Notes: generated by a model not told the origin, from the sequence alone. A stretch of DNA of 63,232 nucleotides from Polymyxa betae A26-41 (GCA_003693705.1 RBZT01000120.1:1-63232); one strand, 5' to 3'. Positions 25,160 through 38,629 are shown, numbered from the stretch's first letter. A program made the numbers and translations.

Positions 25160-27622
25160 CTGTGTTCACAGTAATTAGTGTGGTCGGAAAATTAGTGTGG
25201 ATGCTTAATTAGTGTGGTCCACACTATATCTTGTGTTAAAATATCCGCCCATGGCGGAAATAGTGCGGTCCACACTGTGACCGGAATTCCGCCAACTTAA
25301 TAAAGTTGGCTTTTTTCTCTACAATGCCTTCAAACTCTATAGGATTTGTTTTGCAGCAACGTTTTATCAACAAATATCAATAAAGTTTGTCGTTTTTTGT
25401 GGAATTTTCTTTTGGTCCGAATTTTCTCATACATTTTTGCGTGGCTACCCTCTGTACAGTAGTCTTATCATGAGCCATTTTTCTTTGAAGACAATGAGTT
25501 CCAGCAGCAAAATGTCGGAAGATCAATACGCTGAAGCCTACAACGAAATGATGCACTCATTGTTGGGTTATGGAAGTGAAGACGACCGGAAGAAATTAGA
25601 TAAATCCGTTGTTAAGAAGGCAGCTTAGGAAGCAAAAGCTTTTTTGCAGCAATGGCCGGAAAATTTTATAGCGAAGCGCTGGCTCGACAGAATTGAGCTC
25701 TTCCAGAATTGCAATTTTTCTGTTAAATGTCCTTCCGTATTTTCCGCATCGCCTATTGTAGCTGCATTCGCCCGTCAAAGTGCACGTCAAGCATTAGATA
25801 AAATGAAGAATCAGGATGTGGAAATCCAGATTGTGAACCTTGAAGAGCAAGGCCCTGACGATCGCAATGAAACTGATGAAATTAAGGAGAGCTCTCAGGA
25901 TCAAGTTCAACTGAGAAAGCGAGCGTAGCAGCACGTTAGCACTTTAGACGTTCGTCAAGTGGTTTTACGCTGGATGGAACAAAAGGTGAAAAGTTCTGGT
26001 GAAAAGGATCTAATTTCAAGTGCGGTGAAACAGTTTCCAATGCATTTCAGAGGGAACTATAAAGCAAATATCCTGAAAGCATCTCGCTGGTGGAAGGAGA
26101 GAGAGAAGATACTGAAAAACCTGTCGGAGAACATCAAGTCAATCAGCTCTGTTCAAGACTCAAAACGGGTTAAAGATCAGCTGAAAGCTTTCGCCGGACG
26201 TGGCCGTCGTGTTGCCCCATGGGTGGAGCATGTTCATGAACAGCTTCTTGAAGAATTTCAACGGTTACGCAAAGCAGGACTGAAATTCTCGCCTTCTCTT
26301 TTGCGAACCCTGGCCTGCAATTTGGTGACGAACAGCTCGAGTGTTTACAACGAAAACCTTGTTGATCCGTTTGATGGAAAGCGTATTATTGATAAGATTA
26401 ACAGCCGCTGGATTCAACACTTCCAGGAGAAGCATAATATCGTGATGCGTTGCCAATCCGGCAAGCTTATGTGCAGCCCTGAGAAACAGTTTTAGGACAG
26501 ATGAAGATAAAGTTCAACAGTGGGCGGCTCGACGAGGCGCTTGTCGAGAACATCGATGAAACGCATTTTGTCATCAACATGGATAACGGTCGCACTCTTG
26601 ATTTCCGAGGTGACGAGAATGTTAAGTATGCAGACGCTGTTTCTGGAGGCGAGTCGATGACCATGATGGTTCGGATCACTGGAGGACCAAATGCCCATAT
26701 GGAGGCTCCATTGATAATCTTTCAGAATGCTAATGGTAGCTATCCTATCCAAGGCCTACCTGACAGCGTTCCCGGAGTTTGCTATCGTACTGGACCCAAA
26801 GGATGGATGGACCGTCAGTTGTTCCCGCAGTGGATTCTTGAGCATCGTGCTTATCAGGCAGACCGTTATGGAAGAACTAAGACCATCTTTCTTGATAATT
26901 GCGGTGGGCGTAATATGACTGACGAGCTGCAAAGTGCCCTAAGGCGCACCAGCACTGTACTTTCTTTCCTTCCTCCGTGCTCAACTGATATGTGTCAGCC
27001 TGCGGACTCCTTTGTCATTGCCAAAATTAAGGACGCTTGGACGAAACCTTGGGAGCAAAAGAAAATGGAGCTGGTTGATCTCCATCAATGGTCGAAGTCT
27101 TCCAGCAAAAGGGGTACTGGATCTGGAAAGTTATTGAATCCGGGCAAAATATTTTTCTTGCAGCTGGCTGCCGATGCCGTGCGCGATGTTAAATTGCAAT
27201 GTGACGAGAACGTGTTGACATATGCACGTAAGGCAATGATACGATGCGGCTTGTCTCGGGACGTCACAGGCGTGTGGCGTGAGGAACAGCTCTCGCCTCA
27301 GCTTCAGGATATTATCAAAAAATACCGACAGTATTTTGATGGCGAAATAGTCCCAGATGCTCTTTGAACTATGCTGTTATACAAGAAGAAATAGATCCGA
27401 AGTGCGTGAATGCATCGCATATTCATTGGCAATATGATTAAGTAGATTTGATATGGTGTCCACACTAATTATGAATTGCAATTATAGTGTGAACCACACT
27501 AAAATTGCCATACCCAAAATAGTGTGGATGCCTATATAATGTGGTCCACACTAAATCCTGTGCATTCCTTGAAACCAGCAGTCCCAGAATTAGTGTGGTC
27601 CATACTAATACTGTGAACACAG
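25160..27622 (+). mobile_element. pogo/Tigger-type DNA transposon
   Basis: TIR CTGTGTTCACAGTA / TACTGTGAACACAG, palindromic subterminal TAGTGTGGTCCACACTA repeats at both ends, flanked by TT. Confidence 0.93.
25490..27367 (+). pseudogene. pogo transposase (CENP-B/Tc5 HTH + DDE_1), few in-frame stops
   Basis: GRGRR, SRWIQHFQEKHNI, ENIDETHF, KGWMD, FLDN, FLPPCSTDMCQPAD. Confidence 0.92.
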
Positions 27623-30243
27623 TTGTTCTTCCCTAGCGGTTTGGTAATGTCACAAGATTATCAGCGGTTGGGATATACTCTGATTTTACTTTGCCTTCTT
27701 TCGATAATTCTCTGATGAAATGTTCACGAAGATCAATATGTTTCATTTTTGAGTGACTGTGTTGGCTCATACTGAATGCAATTGAGCCCTGATTGTCTTA
27801 GTAGAGTGTGACGGGCTGGTTATTGATTAAACCAAGTTCCAGAAGAACGTTGCGCAGCCACACAGCTTCGGCTCCAGCAAGGGAGGATGCGATGGTTTCT
27901 GCCTCGCAGGAAGACAAAGCGGTGCATGTCTGTTTCTTTACACGGTACGATATTGGACTTCCATTCAATAGGAAAACATAGCCCGAAGTCAATCTTCGCG
28001 TGTCAGCGTCTCCGGCCCAATCTTAGTCGGATATTCCGACTCAGATATCCAGCTGATAGAAAATTCCATCGTCAGGAGTCCCTTTCAGATAACGGAGGAT
28101 GCGTTTCAATGCAACATAATGCTCGGGTCCAGGATCCTGGACCTACCGTTACACTTCTCTACAGCGTATGCAATGTCTGGCCGAGTGTTTGTGAGCCAAA
28201 TAAGGTGTCCAACAGCAGCTCGATAGTTGATTCTTTGCTGCTCGTGCATAACAGTTTTTTGTAGTTCATCAGTCTGCGGGCACATGTCGCGAGATAATCT
28301 GACATTCTCAGCTGCCGGTGTTGGCTGTGCTTTCGAATCTTTCATATGATACAGGCTCAAAATCTCCTCGGTGTACTTTCTCTGATGAATGAAAACTTCA
28401 TCATTGTTGGGGCCTCTGTCGATCTCGATTCCAATGCAGGTACGAACGGCTCCGAGATCCGACATATTGAATTTCCGATTTAGGTTTCGTTTAGCTCATG
28501 AACTAGCTCAGGGTGTCCAATGATAGTGATGTCATCGACATAAACGCCAACGATGACGTATCGGTTTTCAGGTGTCCTTTTGAAGTACAGGCATGTCGTT
28601 GACTTGACTGGTGTGAGGCCTTCTTCATTCACCAAGAACTCGTCAAATGTTTTAAACCACTCATGGGGTGCTTGTTTTAGGCCATAAAGTGACCGTAGCA
28701 ACATTACGAACTTGGATCGGGACTTGCTTCCTTCGAGAGTTTTCATGTAGATTTCTTCAGTCAAGTGTGCGTTTAGGAACGCAGTGACTACATCCATTTG
28801 CTCGGTAATAACCTCAGAGTCTCTTATTGACAGCGCCATCATTAATCTCAGAATGTCGGCTCTCATAACGGGCGCGAACGTTTGATGAAAATCACGACCA
28901 GGTTCTTGCCGGAATCCCTGAACAACGAGACGAGCCTTGTATCTAAAGGATGTTCCATCTTCATTACGTTTCAGTACCCAGGTTAGCCTTTTTTCTTCAG
29001 GAATTTCGTCCGTCTTCAACACCTTGATTATGAACAACCAGCGGCATCCGATGGCCTTTCTGTCTTTTGGAATCATGCTTACCTCTTTCCAGGTTTTGTG
29101 TTCAAGAAGCGATTCGATTCCGAATCAATAGCTCGTAACCACAGAGCGGAGTCAGCAAACAACTCTTGGTTTGAGGCTTCGTTGTAAGATTTTGGAATCT
29201 TCGGAAAAACTGGAGCTGCGGATATGCTGTTTATCCAGTTACTGCTGATCGGATCAAATATGACCGTCTTTCGGCGAGATCGTTGCGGTCGGATGGGTGC
29301 GTCGTTATTGTCTTCGTAGCAGCGCCCACTCCCCATGTCGAGCTGATCGCATGCGTAGGTTTCGTCATCGCTCCTGTCACTGAAGTTTTCATCAGGCGAA
29401 TAAGCAGGGTCATAAAACCTAGATTCCACTTCGTTCAGGATGGCGAATGCGTCAGATGCTGCTCGTTCTCCAAACGAATCTTCATTAAAGATCACGCTTC
29501 GATTGACGTGAGATTGTCCAGTAGCTGGGTCGTATAGAACGTATCCTTTTTGGTGGTCGCCATATCCGATAAATACGAATTTGTTTGCCCTTGGGTCTAT
29601 CTTGGTTCGCTTATCGGGTGGTATTAGGCCCATGAAATCACAGCCAAATACACGAAGGTATGAGATGTCTGGCTTTGTTACGTACATGATTTCGTGCGGG
29701 GTGATGTTGGGAATCGTGGGATGAGGACAGACGGTATGAACGTGTGCAGCACATAGAACAGCAGGCCCCAGGTAGTCCTACGATAGCCGAGCATGGTGGA
29801 TCATTGATCGTTCACAATCGAGGAGAGCGAGGTGACCTCGTTCAGAGATTCCATTTTGCTGGGAAGAATACTCTACCGTTGACTGCCATTCGATTCCAGA
29901 TTCTTCAAGAAAGCGTGCAAAATCATCACAAACGAACTCCAAGGCATTGTCCCCGAAAAGGATCTTAATAGTTCGCTCCACTTTGTTCGGAAGTCGAAGT
30001 TTGAGGTTCTTGAATCGCTGAAGAGCTTCGCTCTTTTGATGAAGAAGATATGTGAACATCCGACTATGTCGATCGGAAAACGTGATGAAATACTTTTCTC
30101 CATTCAAAGAAGGGACCGGGAGGGGACCGCATTCGTCAATATCAATTCTTTCCAGGATCTTCCAATCTTTAGCTTTAGCTTTACACGGAAACGGCGCGCG
30201 TTTGGCTTTTCCGATTACACAAGATTCGCAAAAGTCATCAGCC
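27623..30243 (-). pseudogene. pol: Copia pol (integrase, RT, RNase H)
   Basis: CESC, D.CGP, KYFITFSD, QQNGISER, LRVFGC, FIGY, YKARLVVQGF, QMDVVTAFLN, SLYGLKQA, VYVDD, TRPDIAY, SSCEAE, SKMKHIDLREHF. Confidence 0.95.
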
Positions 30244-30257
30244 CTGGGCCCATAACC
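30244..30257 (-). other. Primer binding site GGTTATGGGCCCAG (initiator-Met tRNA half priming)
   Basis: Matches the Drosophila copia/Hemivirus-type PBS, directly after the 5' LTR. Confidence 0.9.
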
Positions 30258-30491
30258 AATTAGGGCAGAATGGTAATGGAGTCTTAGATTCTAAAGACGA
30301 GGGTCGTAGAGACAAAGGGAAAACAGAGATACAAAGGAGAGAGGACTAAAACAGGAAGTGTGTATTATTGTAAATTTAGTTTTCCCAGCACACAAGCGCT
30401 CATGTGCATCATGGCCAGGAACGACCGTTGAGATGAGCCCGCAGTCTGCAGCGGAGCGCTCCCATGGCGATGCAGGTGACATGCTCTAATT
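30258..30491 (-). repeat. 5' LTR of Copia element
   Basis: Direct repeat of 24862-25093; ends AATTAG...CTAATT. Confidence 0.93.
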
Positions 30492-31907
30492 CAGTATAAC
30501 AGCAATACAATAATTCGATGTTTTTGTAATCGCGTATAAATTGCATGGAATTTTGGAAATTGTCTTCTGCGCAAAACTGACCGTCGGAAGCCTCAAACAC
30601 AGCTGATTGTTGAAATGGATACTGATGCTCCAGGATCGGTGGTCTTCTTCTTTGTAGGATCAATCCCAGTATCACAGGTGATTCTTCCGAAAAAAGATGA
30701 TGGTCGTGCCCATTGCGAGATTGTCCATGGTAATAGCGTGAATCTCCACGTTGAAAGAGCTGTTGCAGTAACGCGATTGTTGGTGGACAAGAACGTTCCG
30801 CCTGTCAATACGAACTCCTCTAACCAAGAAGTCCTAGTAAAAGGCCTTAGATTTATCGCATCGCATGCAGATCTTCGTTACAAAGCTGACACCAGATGTA
30901 CGAATGAATTCAGTATCGATCTAGATTTTGCTTAATCGTTGATAATCGGGCAAGCGGAAAAGAGTGGACGTTGATGGAACAGAGCTTTGGGAAGAGCGAG
31001 ACGCATACTGGCCACGGCACCTGTGGAGAGATAATCCTAAAAGAGGAATGTTCACTGTTGCAATATTGGAAAAACTCAGGATGCAAACTCCACAGTCAAT
31101 GACGCCTGAGCGAATGCTCATGCGCCAATTACTTCGTGATCAGATCGCTTTCAAAAAGTTGTATGACTTCTTGATTATGATTCTAAATGTTCGTTACTGA
31201 TATCCATTTAGTATGTCTCGGGGGACGATTCATTCGGACGCTGAGAAGCTGTAGCATGAGACCAATATACGGTTTCCGGCAGCCCAAGCCACATTAGAGT
31301 TTGCTCGCAGCTTTAAATTGTTGTGTCAGTATTTTTGGCCTCTGTTGTGATCATGATCTCTCGACAATAGAACTTCTTGACAAATTTACAGATATGAAGG
31401 CGAAGGAAGCCGCCAAAAAAACAAGAAGCTTCAGCTGTTGGAGTCCAATCCAGGACAAGACGGTGGCGTTGCATACAATTTTCCTAAAGGCGCTCTCGGT
31501 TTGATGCTAGAATCGGTCTACGAGGATTTCCTGCAACAAGAAAAGAGTGACTATTCGGGGTTTGATATCAAAACCAACAGCCGAGGTCAACACGCACGAA
31601 ACGATTTAGTATAGCATCTGGAAAAGCGATGGAAAGAGGTGAATGGTACAAAAAAAAACGAGATCCTGATCAATAAGTCCTGTTTCTTTCTTCAAAAATA
31701 TCTGAACTAAGATTGCCCTGGGTACATTCTTGCGACCCACTCCTAATCACCTGAAACAATAACAGCAACAAAGCCATTACCATGCAATGAAATATTCATC
31801 GCACGAGCAATGGATAGGAAAGGAAGTGCTTCTGTAGATCTCATCGCTGCACGGGGAGACTCGTCCATCCATACACTTTTCAAGATCACAAAATTGACGA
31901 TGTCAAT

Positions 31908-34900
31908 TTGGACGACCAGCAATTAGATGATGTTTCATCCATCCAGTCATTATCTTCAAATGGTTGTGATTTCCATGTTCTGTTTGACGATGGTCCAGAT
32001 TTGGACGGACACCCTTGTTCAAATCGCAGCACCGCCAGCGAAGATCAGGAGGTCCCGGTGAACGAAGATGCAATACTTTCTGAGGTGGAACCAACAACAA
32101 GCTCGAGCGAACTTGAAAGTCTCAGTACTCGGATGACTCTGAATGGTCAAGAGGAGACTCCAGCAATGTCGATGATCACAGCACAGAGCTAGAGGACCAA
32201 GAAAACGATTTCGATTCTACTTGATGTCCATATTATTCAGACTATGAATAAGGCTCGAGCAATGCTGCGAAGTCCTTCCATTACAAGAGCAAACCAAATG
32301 CACGAGCTGGGTGTTGAGACCGCTGTTCACCTGGAGAAAATCAAAATCAAAATCATGCAGTTCTCCGACCAGCTTCTGCGATCGGGCGTCAACAAGAAAA
32401 ATTTCGATGAATTGCTGTCATCTTACCTTCTGGAAATGTCAACATCAAGAGATCCGATGACAGCAGAAGTAACTTCTCTTTACAACAACTTCCCAGAAAC
32501 ATGGAAACAAGCGAAAGTTCAATTCTAAGAGAAATATTCCCTCAGTTCAAGCCGATGCTTTTGTACTCAAGTCCAGATGGGCATCGTATTTTCGCTCTTG
32601 ATCTGGAGACTGCATGCAGAAGAATGCCTTTCTGCCACATTCCAAGACAGAATGCACGAACGATTCTTTACTAGCCAATTTCATATGATATTCAGGACAT
32701 TTGTATCTGGTGAACAGCTGAAAACTCGCTAAAGATCCGATTTGCCTTCGCTGCCTTTGCTGAACTGTTTTGGTCGGGATTCGAGGAAATCGATATTGCA
32801 GTAGAAGAGTATGCTACAACGAAAAAGAAGGAAGAGGTCATGACCGACTGGATTCATGGTGAGTTACTCTATGAGGTTTTATGTTCCATTTCATTTGAAA
32901 GAAAAAGAACATAGTGCAAGATCCGGTACAAATAGAATGGCATAAGATCATGAATGTTTATTGAATTGACAGGAAAGAGATCTTGCTTTCTCGCCCTTTC
33001 CCATTGCTACGATGGGTCTCGGGTTCATGACTCGTCGAAGATTTCGGTCTGGCCTCATGTCTTCTCTTATCTTACATTGCCGTCTTCCGCTCGCTGCAAG
33101 CCGTCCTCTATTTTGATGACATCATCATCATATTTTTCCAGCCAAGCTTTTTTTCGGTTGATTGCTCATGAATTGAACATGATCAATGTTCGGGGTCTCT
33201 CCATATTTGATGCATCTATTGATCGCCTCATTGATGTACGTTTGTGCAAATTCACCTGCTTTACAGATATTAAAAGCAATGCTAGATTAAAGATCAAGTT
33301 ATGAGCAACCTGCTTTTGCGAAAGCAGTCATGAAGGCCGGATCGTCAAGTACTCATGGCGCATGCATCTGCTCGATCTTTGGAGTGAGATATTCCAAGCG
33401 AACGTGTCGGCTAGGATCCTTTAGGTTCCTCCGAACATCGCACTCTCTTCGGAAGAAGATAGCCATCCCTGCTTGTTTGGGGCGGCATGCCAAGTCTCCT
33501 TCCCCAACGTTTTGGGTCAAGGACGAATTGCTACAAGCTGGTTTGGTTTCAAATCCTTTTTGTATGGAAATTTTCCCTTATCACGCATAGGAACCGCATC
33601 TGTACGCTACGAAGAAGACAAGATCAAGTCTAAAAGATTCCAAGTTTTGAAAACAAGAACACAGAGTGCTCGCCATGGGTTAAAATGTTATGATCGCTCA
33701 GGCGATTCTAATCACCCTTACAAGAAACCAGGTCCAGGACAATATGGTGTTGACGCCCTAACCGATTCATTATTCACTGGGTGGGACCCTTGCCGTCAGT
33801 TCAAATCTGATTTTATGCATCACTTGGGAGTAAGTCTCCGACAATGAATGAACATGTATCACAGTTACGAACTTCTTCTACAGAACGCAATCAAAACTCT
33901 GGTGGAAGCGCTTGATTGTAAAAGCGGAGGATCTGGACTTGCAACCAAATCAATGTAATATTGGAGCCGGACTCAGAGCTGCCGTGGGCGTTGGTTACAG
34001 GAAGCAGAAAGATCATATCAGATCGGTTAAAAAGCTTACGCCATCCGGAAAGTAAGCAATGCAAAAACATGTAAATCGAAAGTAATATTGTAAACAGAGT
34101 CTGAGGAGTTGTTCCATCCCTACATAAAATCTCAGCAGCTAGTGAAGAACTCCCAATGGCACATGATAATGCATGGGTTGCTCAAATACCTGACCAGAGG
34201 GTTGTTTCGCGAGAACGTTCACGCCCGCCGCTTCCAAAAATCCCTTTATGGGTTTTTTGATGTTTTGTCACGAAGCTTGTGCTGGACCATGAAGCGTTCC
34301 CAGCTTCACAATCTTCACAGCTCCATTATTGAGGCCATTACATTGTTGGAGGAGGTATTTCTATATGGCTCACCCTAAAAGCCCTCACAGATGTCTTTGC
34401 AGAATGTTCCGAGCATGCTAATGACCCTCCCTGTGCACTTGACTATTCATATTGTTCCTCACATTTTACAAAATCTTGGTCCTCTTACAACTACGGCTTG
34501 GAACTTTTGGTCGGTGATCCATGCAACCAGAGGCCATTCGGTGAACATAATCAACAACGATTCAGAACAAGCTGTTATCTCATACTTTTTGGTTTGGATC
34601 CCTTCAATCTAATGTCACCGTATTGAGAATTTATTCAGGCTGCAATATCACGATGAGTTTTCTTCAGGTTTCGATAGATTGTGGACATCTGGGCAAACAT
34701 CTGAGGACGAAGACACCGTTTTTGATAGATCGAAGACAGAAATGCATCGATTCGCAATTACAGATTGGCAGCTCGGTATTTTACCAAACTGGTCAACCTC
34801 AAGTATATATCTGACACTGAAAAGGACGTTTGCACCAAGAATTGATTCTTAAGATCGACGAATATCGTGAATGCGTTAAGAGCTTCAATTACAAGATGTC

Positions 34901-35033
34901 AGAGCCGTTTACTGAAACGCGGCTGTTAACTGAGCCAATTCTTTTCTTCCAACGATATCATTCGGGATTAATGCTGCATTTGCGGGAAAACGGGTTCGAT
35001 GAGACTCTGATGAAGGCGTTGAGCGGTAAGTAA
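31908..35033 (+). pseudogene. CACTA/EnSpm (CMC) transposase, intron-containing, degenerate
   Basis: LALSHCYDG...SVWP...LTLP..R.K (Transposase_21-like), CxxC-like CSIF, DFMHHLG, KNSQWH, TLPVHLTIH...GPL. Confidence 0.75.
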
Positions 35034-35059
35034 GCTTCAGTACTGTAATAATTATCTTC

Positions 35060-36622
35060 AATTGGAATGCCTCATTTCGAAAGAAACCAACTGGCAGGTA
35101 CGTTGGAAGAACGGTAGTCGTGAATCTTACTGATCACGTCGATGGCAAACGTTTTCGCGACCAGATTGCTGCTGCAATGTGGTCCGATTACGTTCGTATT
35201 AGCGAAAATATACATCAGCGTGAGATTATAAACTTGTGGTGAATCACATAAAAATTTATTAATAAAAAACCTAAACATCTTTTTGAAGGTCACTTCGGTT
35301 CTATTCAATAAGGCTTTTCAGCAAATTCCAACGCAAGTTATCTTGCAGAATAACAAAGGTCTTGGCCTTCGTCGGATCTTGCATTATGTTAATGAATGCA
35401 ATCATATTATCCATTAAGTCTGAATCAAGGGCGGTTGACTCCTGTAGCAACTGCAATGCTTCCGCCAAAACGTCACGTGTTTGCATTACAGGTTTCAAAG
35501 ATCTTGCATGACTTGGGAATCTGCATTCATTGCTTCGAGCAGATGCTGTAGCTCATCGCAGAGTCGCTTCCCTGTTCTTAGTCGTTTTCGTTTAACTTTC
35601 GTAGAAAACCCACAATCTGCAGCACGTTTTCTAGGTGGTCTCCCTGGAGTAAAACGTAACTCCCGTGGATTCACATGCTGAATAGGATTGTCGGGATCAA
35701 CATCTTCCTCGGCGTCATCACAGCCAGCCTCGCCGCTATTCTCCCCATCAGGGATGTCAAATTCACAATCACTATAGTTGAAGACCGTGCCGGAAGCAGT
35801 TGCTGTCTGTGAAGAAACAGCCGGATCTGGCGAGGAGGGTTTGACCGCAAGAGGGACCGTAGGAGGCTCACAAGCAGCCGCAGCGTTCAAGCCAGTCACT
35901 GTTCGTCCTTGACACAGTAATTCAAGCAAAGGGTACAGGTCGAAGCGTGATTTGAGCCATGACTTTCTGGCCCTTTGAAATTTCTATCTCTGATATCACT
36001 AAAGCTGCACAATGGAAGGCAAATTGCTGTTGATTTTACCTTGAGCTCTTCATCCCACGCCTTTGCATTCGGATTCTCTGGTCCATAGCTATCAAAATCC
36101 CAACCCCAGCACGATTTATTTTTTTAAGTATTCGTATACAATGAATTTGTGTCTGAGCTAAAACAGATTTTCATACTGTCAACGAATCGGAAGCAGGCTC
36201 CCTTACATAACGATACTTTTCTTTCAGCTGGAGCACAGTTCCCGTGATACCCACATCTGCCAGCTTGGCGGCAGCGGCTTTCCAAGTCTCCGTCTTGAAC
36301 CCATTCTGGGCACGCTTCCCAAGAACGTTTGCCTGGTATGTTAGTTCCCTTATCCAGACGCTGTCACCATTGCCCACAACAACAGGCTTCACATCAGCCA
36401 TGATGAGAGAAGTCAATAGATTGAACAATTCCCGCGCTCCGGCGTTCCCACGTATATTTCCTGAGGTGGAAGCTGAGGAACAATTCCACGGGAATTCCGG
36501 CGAAAACGCCGGAATTCCCGTCCCTGCATCTTTGTCATCCAAACAGGGCGCAACCTCAGGAAACCGGAATTCCCACGCATTTCTGGGAATTCCGGCGTTT
36601 TTCGTGACGTCCAAACGGGCCC
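35060..36622. mobile_element. Right half of a PIF/Harbinger element
   Basis: Transposase C-terminus RDQIAAAMWSDY (+, near 35155-35200), convergent Myb/SANT gene, TIR CCAAACGGGCCC followed by TTA, GGAATTCC subterminal repeats. Confidence 0.85.
35301..36401 (-). pseudogene. PIF Myb/SANT-like DNA-binding protein, spliced
   Basis: GKRAQNGFKTETW...QLKEKY, intron, SCWGWD, AWDE, then an acidic region and C-terminal helices. Confidence 0.8.
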
Positions 36623-37429
36623 TTAATGTGCCTCTCCCAAGTGTCAGTATGGAACAAAGGCCGATAGTTGATGATTTCAGAGCATCTGTCAGTGAACCAA
36701 CGTCTGGGTCCGAGACGGCCGGACATACCAGCACACACCCCCGAAAACCACAAAATGGTGTCTTATCAGTTGACAGAGTGCCGCACCAGAGTCAATTCGT
36801 GAATGAAATAACGGCAACAGTCACGCAGTTCTTAATAACATCGACAACACCGACGAAACGCAAAATGCGGTGGCGGGCAACCCATCTGAAACCATCATTG
36901 ACAATTATTGCCTAAAGCTGTGAGCCGGTACAGGTCGTTTCAGCGCCCCTCAGCGATTGCGTTTAGGCTGCTCAGTTCGGTTCAGCGATAGTTCAGTCGG
37001 GTCAGCCGAGATTGCTTCGAAGCGATGGTGTTTTTATACAAATCATTGATGCATTTATTTCTTCGTTATTACACCGCAATTATTGGGCATTGTATAAAGA
37101 TCCATTGAAAAAATGCTGGCGACAGAACGTTTTTTCTGCCAAATCGCTGAACGTTTCTGAACTTCTCATTTACACTATTTCTCAGATTTTACGGATCGTT
37201 GAGGATAGGATCAACTGGGAACTCCGCTGCGCATTTTTGTCGCACCTACAGTCTGAAAGGGCGGGCAAATTACCATGAGGTGTTGGTATTTGAATGCCAC
37301 TGGTGATCACGTGTTGTCTAGTGTTTAGCCACTGTGGCGCCAACTAATCCATCACCCAAATCCACTGTACCATATACACCGTCTAAATGCGCAGTGTGCG
37401 CTGGCACTCCATGTTCTCCCCAAATTGAA

Positions 37430-38439
37430 GGTTGGGTTGGTCATTCTGTAATCTAGGCGATTCCTGAATCATGTCCGTGCCATGGCCAACCCACTCCCCG
37501 TCTTCGTTCGATGTTGCGAAGCCGTACCTGCACTGTATGCTAAAGAGTGTTTTTTCCCAAGGAGCTCTGAAACAGCCCACTGGTAAAGGCATCAAGGCCA
37601 AATTACCTAGGTTGTCTAAAGTCATGGCACGAGACGTCAACAACCAGGCGAACATATTCTGGAGAGGATGTAAAAATACTGCTTGCTCTTTACCTTCATT
37701 TTGTTAATATTGTATTATTAGTTAAAGGCGACAGCGATTCCTTTAACGAGTCCCATCAATCACTTTTCCATTCATACCCTGCGGAAGTCAAAGCAATGTT
37801 TTCGGCGGGTGACAAAATCAGGCCTGACAAAACGCCAAGAATTCCATCCACACGCTTCATAGTTGGTGGAAAACATCAAACCACCAAAACCCCAACCCGA
37901 GGCGCCCCATCGGTCAGAATCGAATCTTATTCAGAAACACGTTTGAAGGTGCATCTCACATCATGCACTATCTCGACCATCGAACATTGAAAAACGACTC
38001 TGTCGATATATTCACACTTTTCCCAGGAACTGACATTACCCAAGAAATATCGAAGGATGGAATGGAAATCATGTTCTACATCCGCAATCCGAACAGATTG
38101 ACGGCGAAGATGTTCTCCAATAAGAAGAGATATGAAGATGAGATTTACGAGGTCGACGAGGACGATCAACGTCAATGTTTGATGTCGTACTTCAAGTCAT
38201 AAACTCCTCAGGAATATGTCTACCAGGTGGAGTTGCCACAGTCCATACTGACCCACCCAGATTTCATTGAAAGCTGGTGGGTTAACAATAACGGAGCATC
38301 GTCACTGGTGTGCGACTTTACCCAGCAGTGCGACTATGATTACCAGTCGAGATTCAGTCTAGTAGCCACATACCGCGCAACATCTTCGCTGGCTGCCAAA
38401 CGCCTAGCTAACCAGAGTGTTAATTTACAAAAGCAATAA
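37430..38439 (+). pseudogene. Unidentified degenerate spliced coding region
   Basis: Same-strand ORFs 37471, 37796, 37963 and 38227 joinable through one GT-AG intron, a frameshift and a stop; no motif recognised. Confidence 0.35.
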
Positions 38440-38629
38440 AATTTGGGAGAGAAGTGCCCGCCAAAGATGGCATAGGCGTGGCTCTCCCTGCAATTCAACC
38501 ATTAAGTTTTGTCGAAATACTTAGTACGCCTAATTGTTAGTGTTACCGCATCTTCCAGTGCATTCGAACACTCTTAAGTGGGAAAGATCGGGCTCTCTAA
38601 AACCTAGTCTTGTATGGAGACTTTTTATT

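Larger units (their letters stand above)
24862..30491 (-). mobile_element. Ty1/Copia LTR retrotransposon, internally deleted (no gag or protease), with nested pogo element
   Basis: Paired ~233 bp LTRs, PBS, PPT (TGAGTGGGGG), IN-RT-RH order. Confidence 0.95.

Noticed and set aside
36244-36915. 223-aa plus-strand ORF
   Set aside because: Antisense to the Myb gene and runs through the TIR and subterminal repeats.
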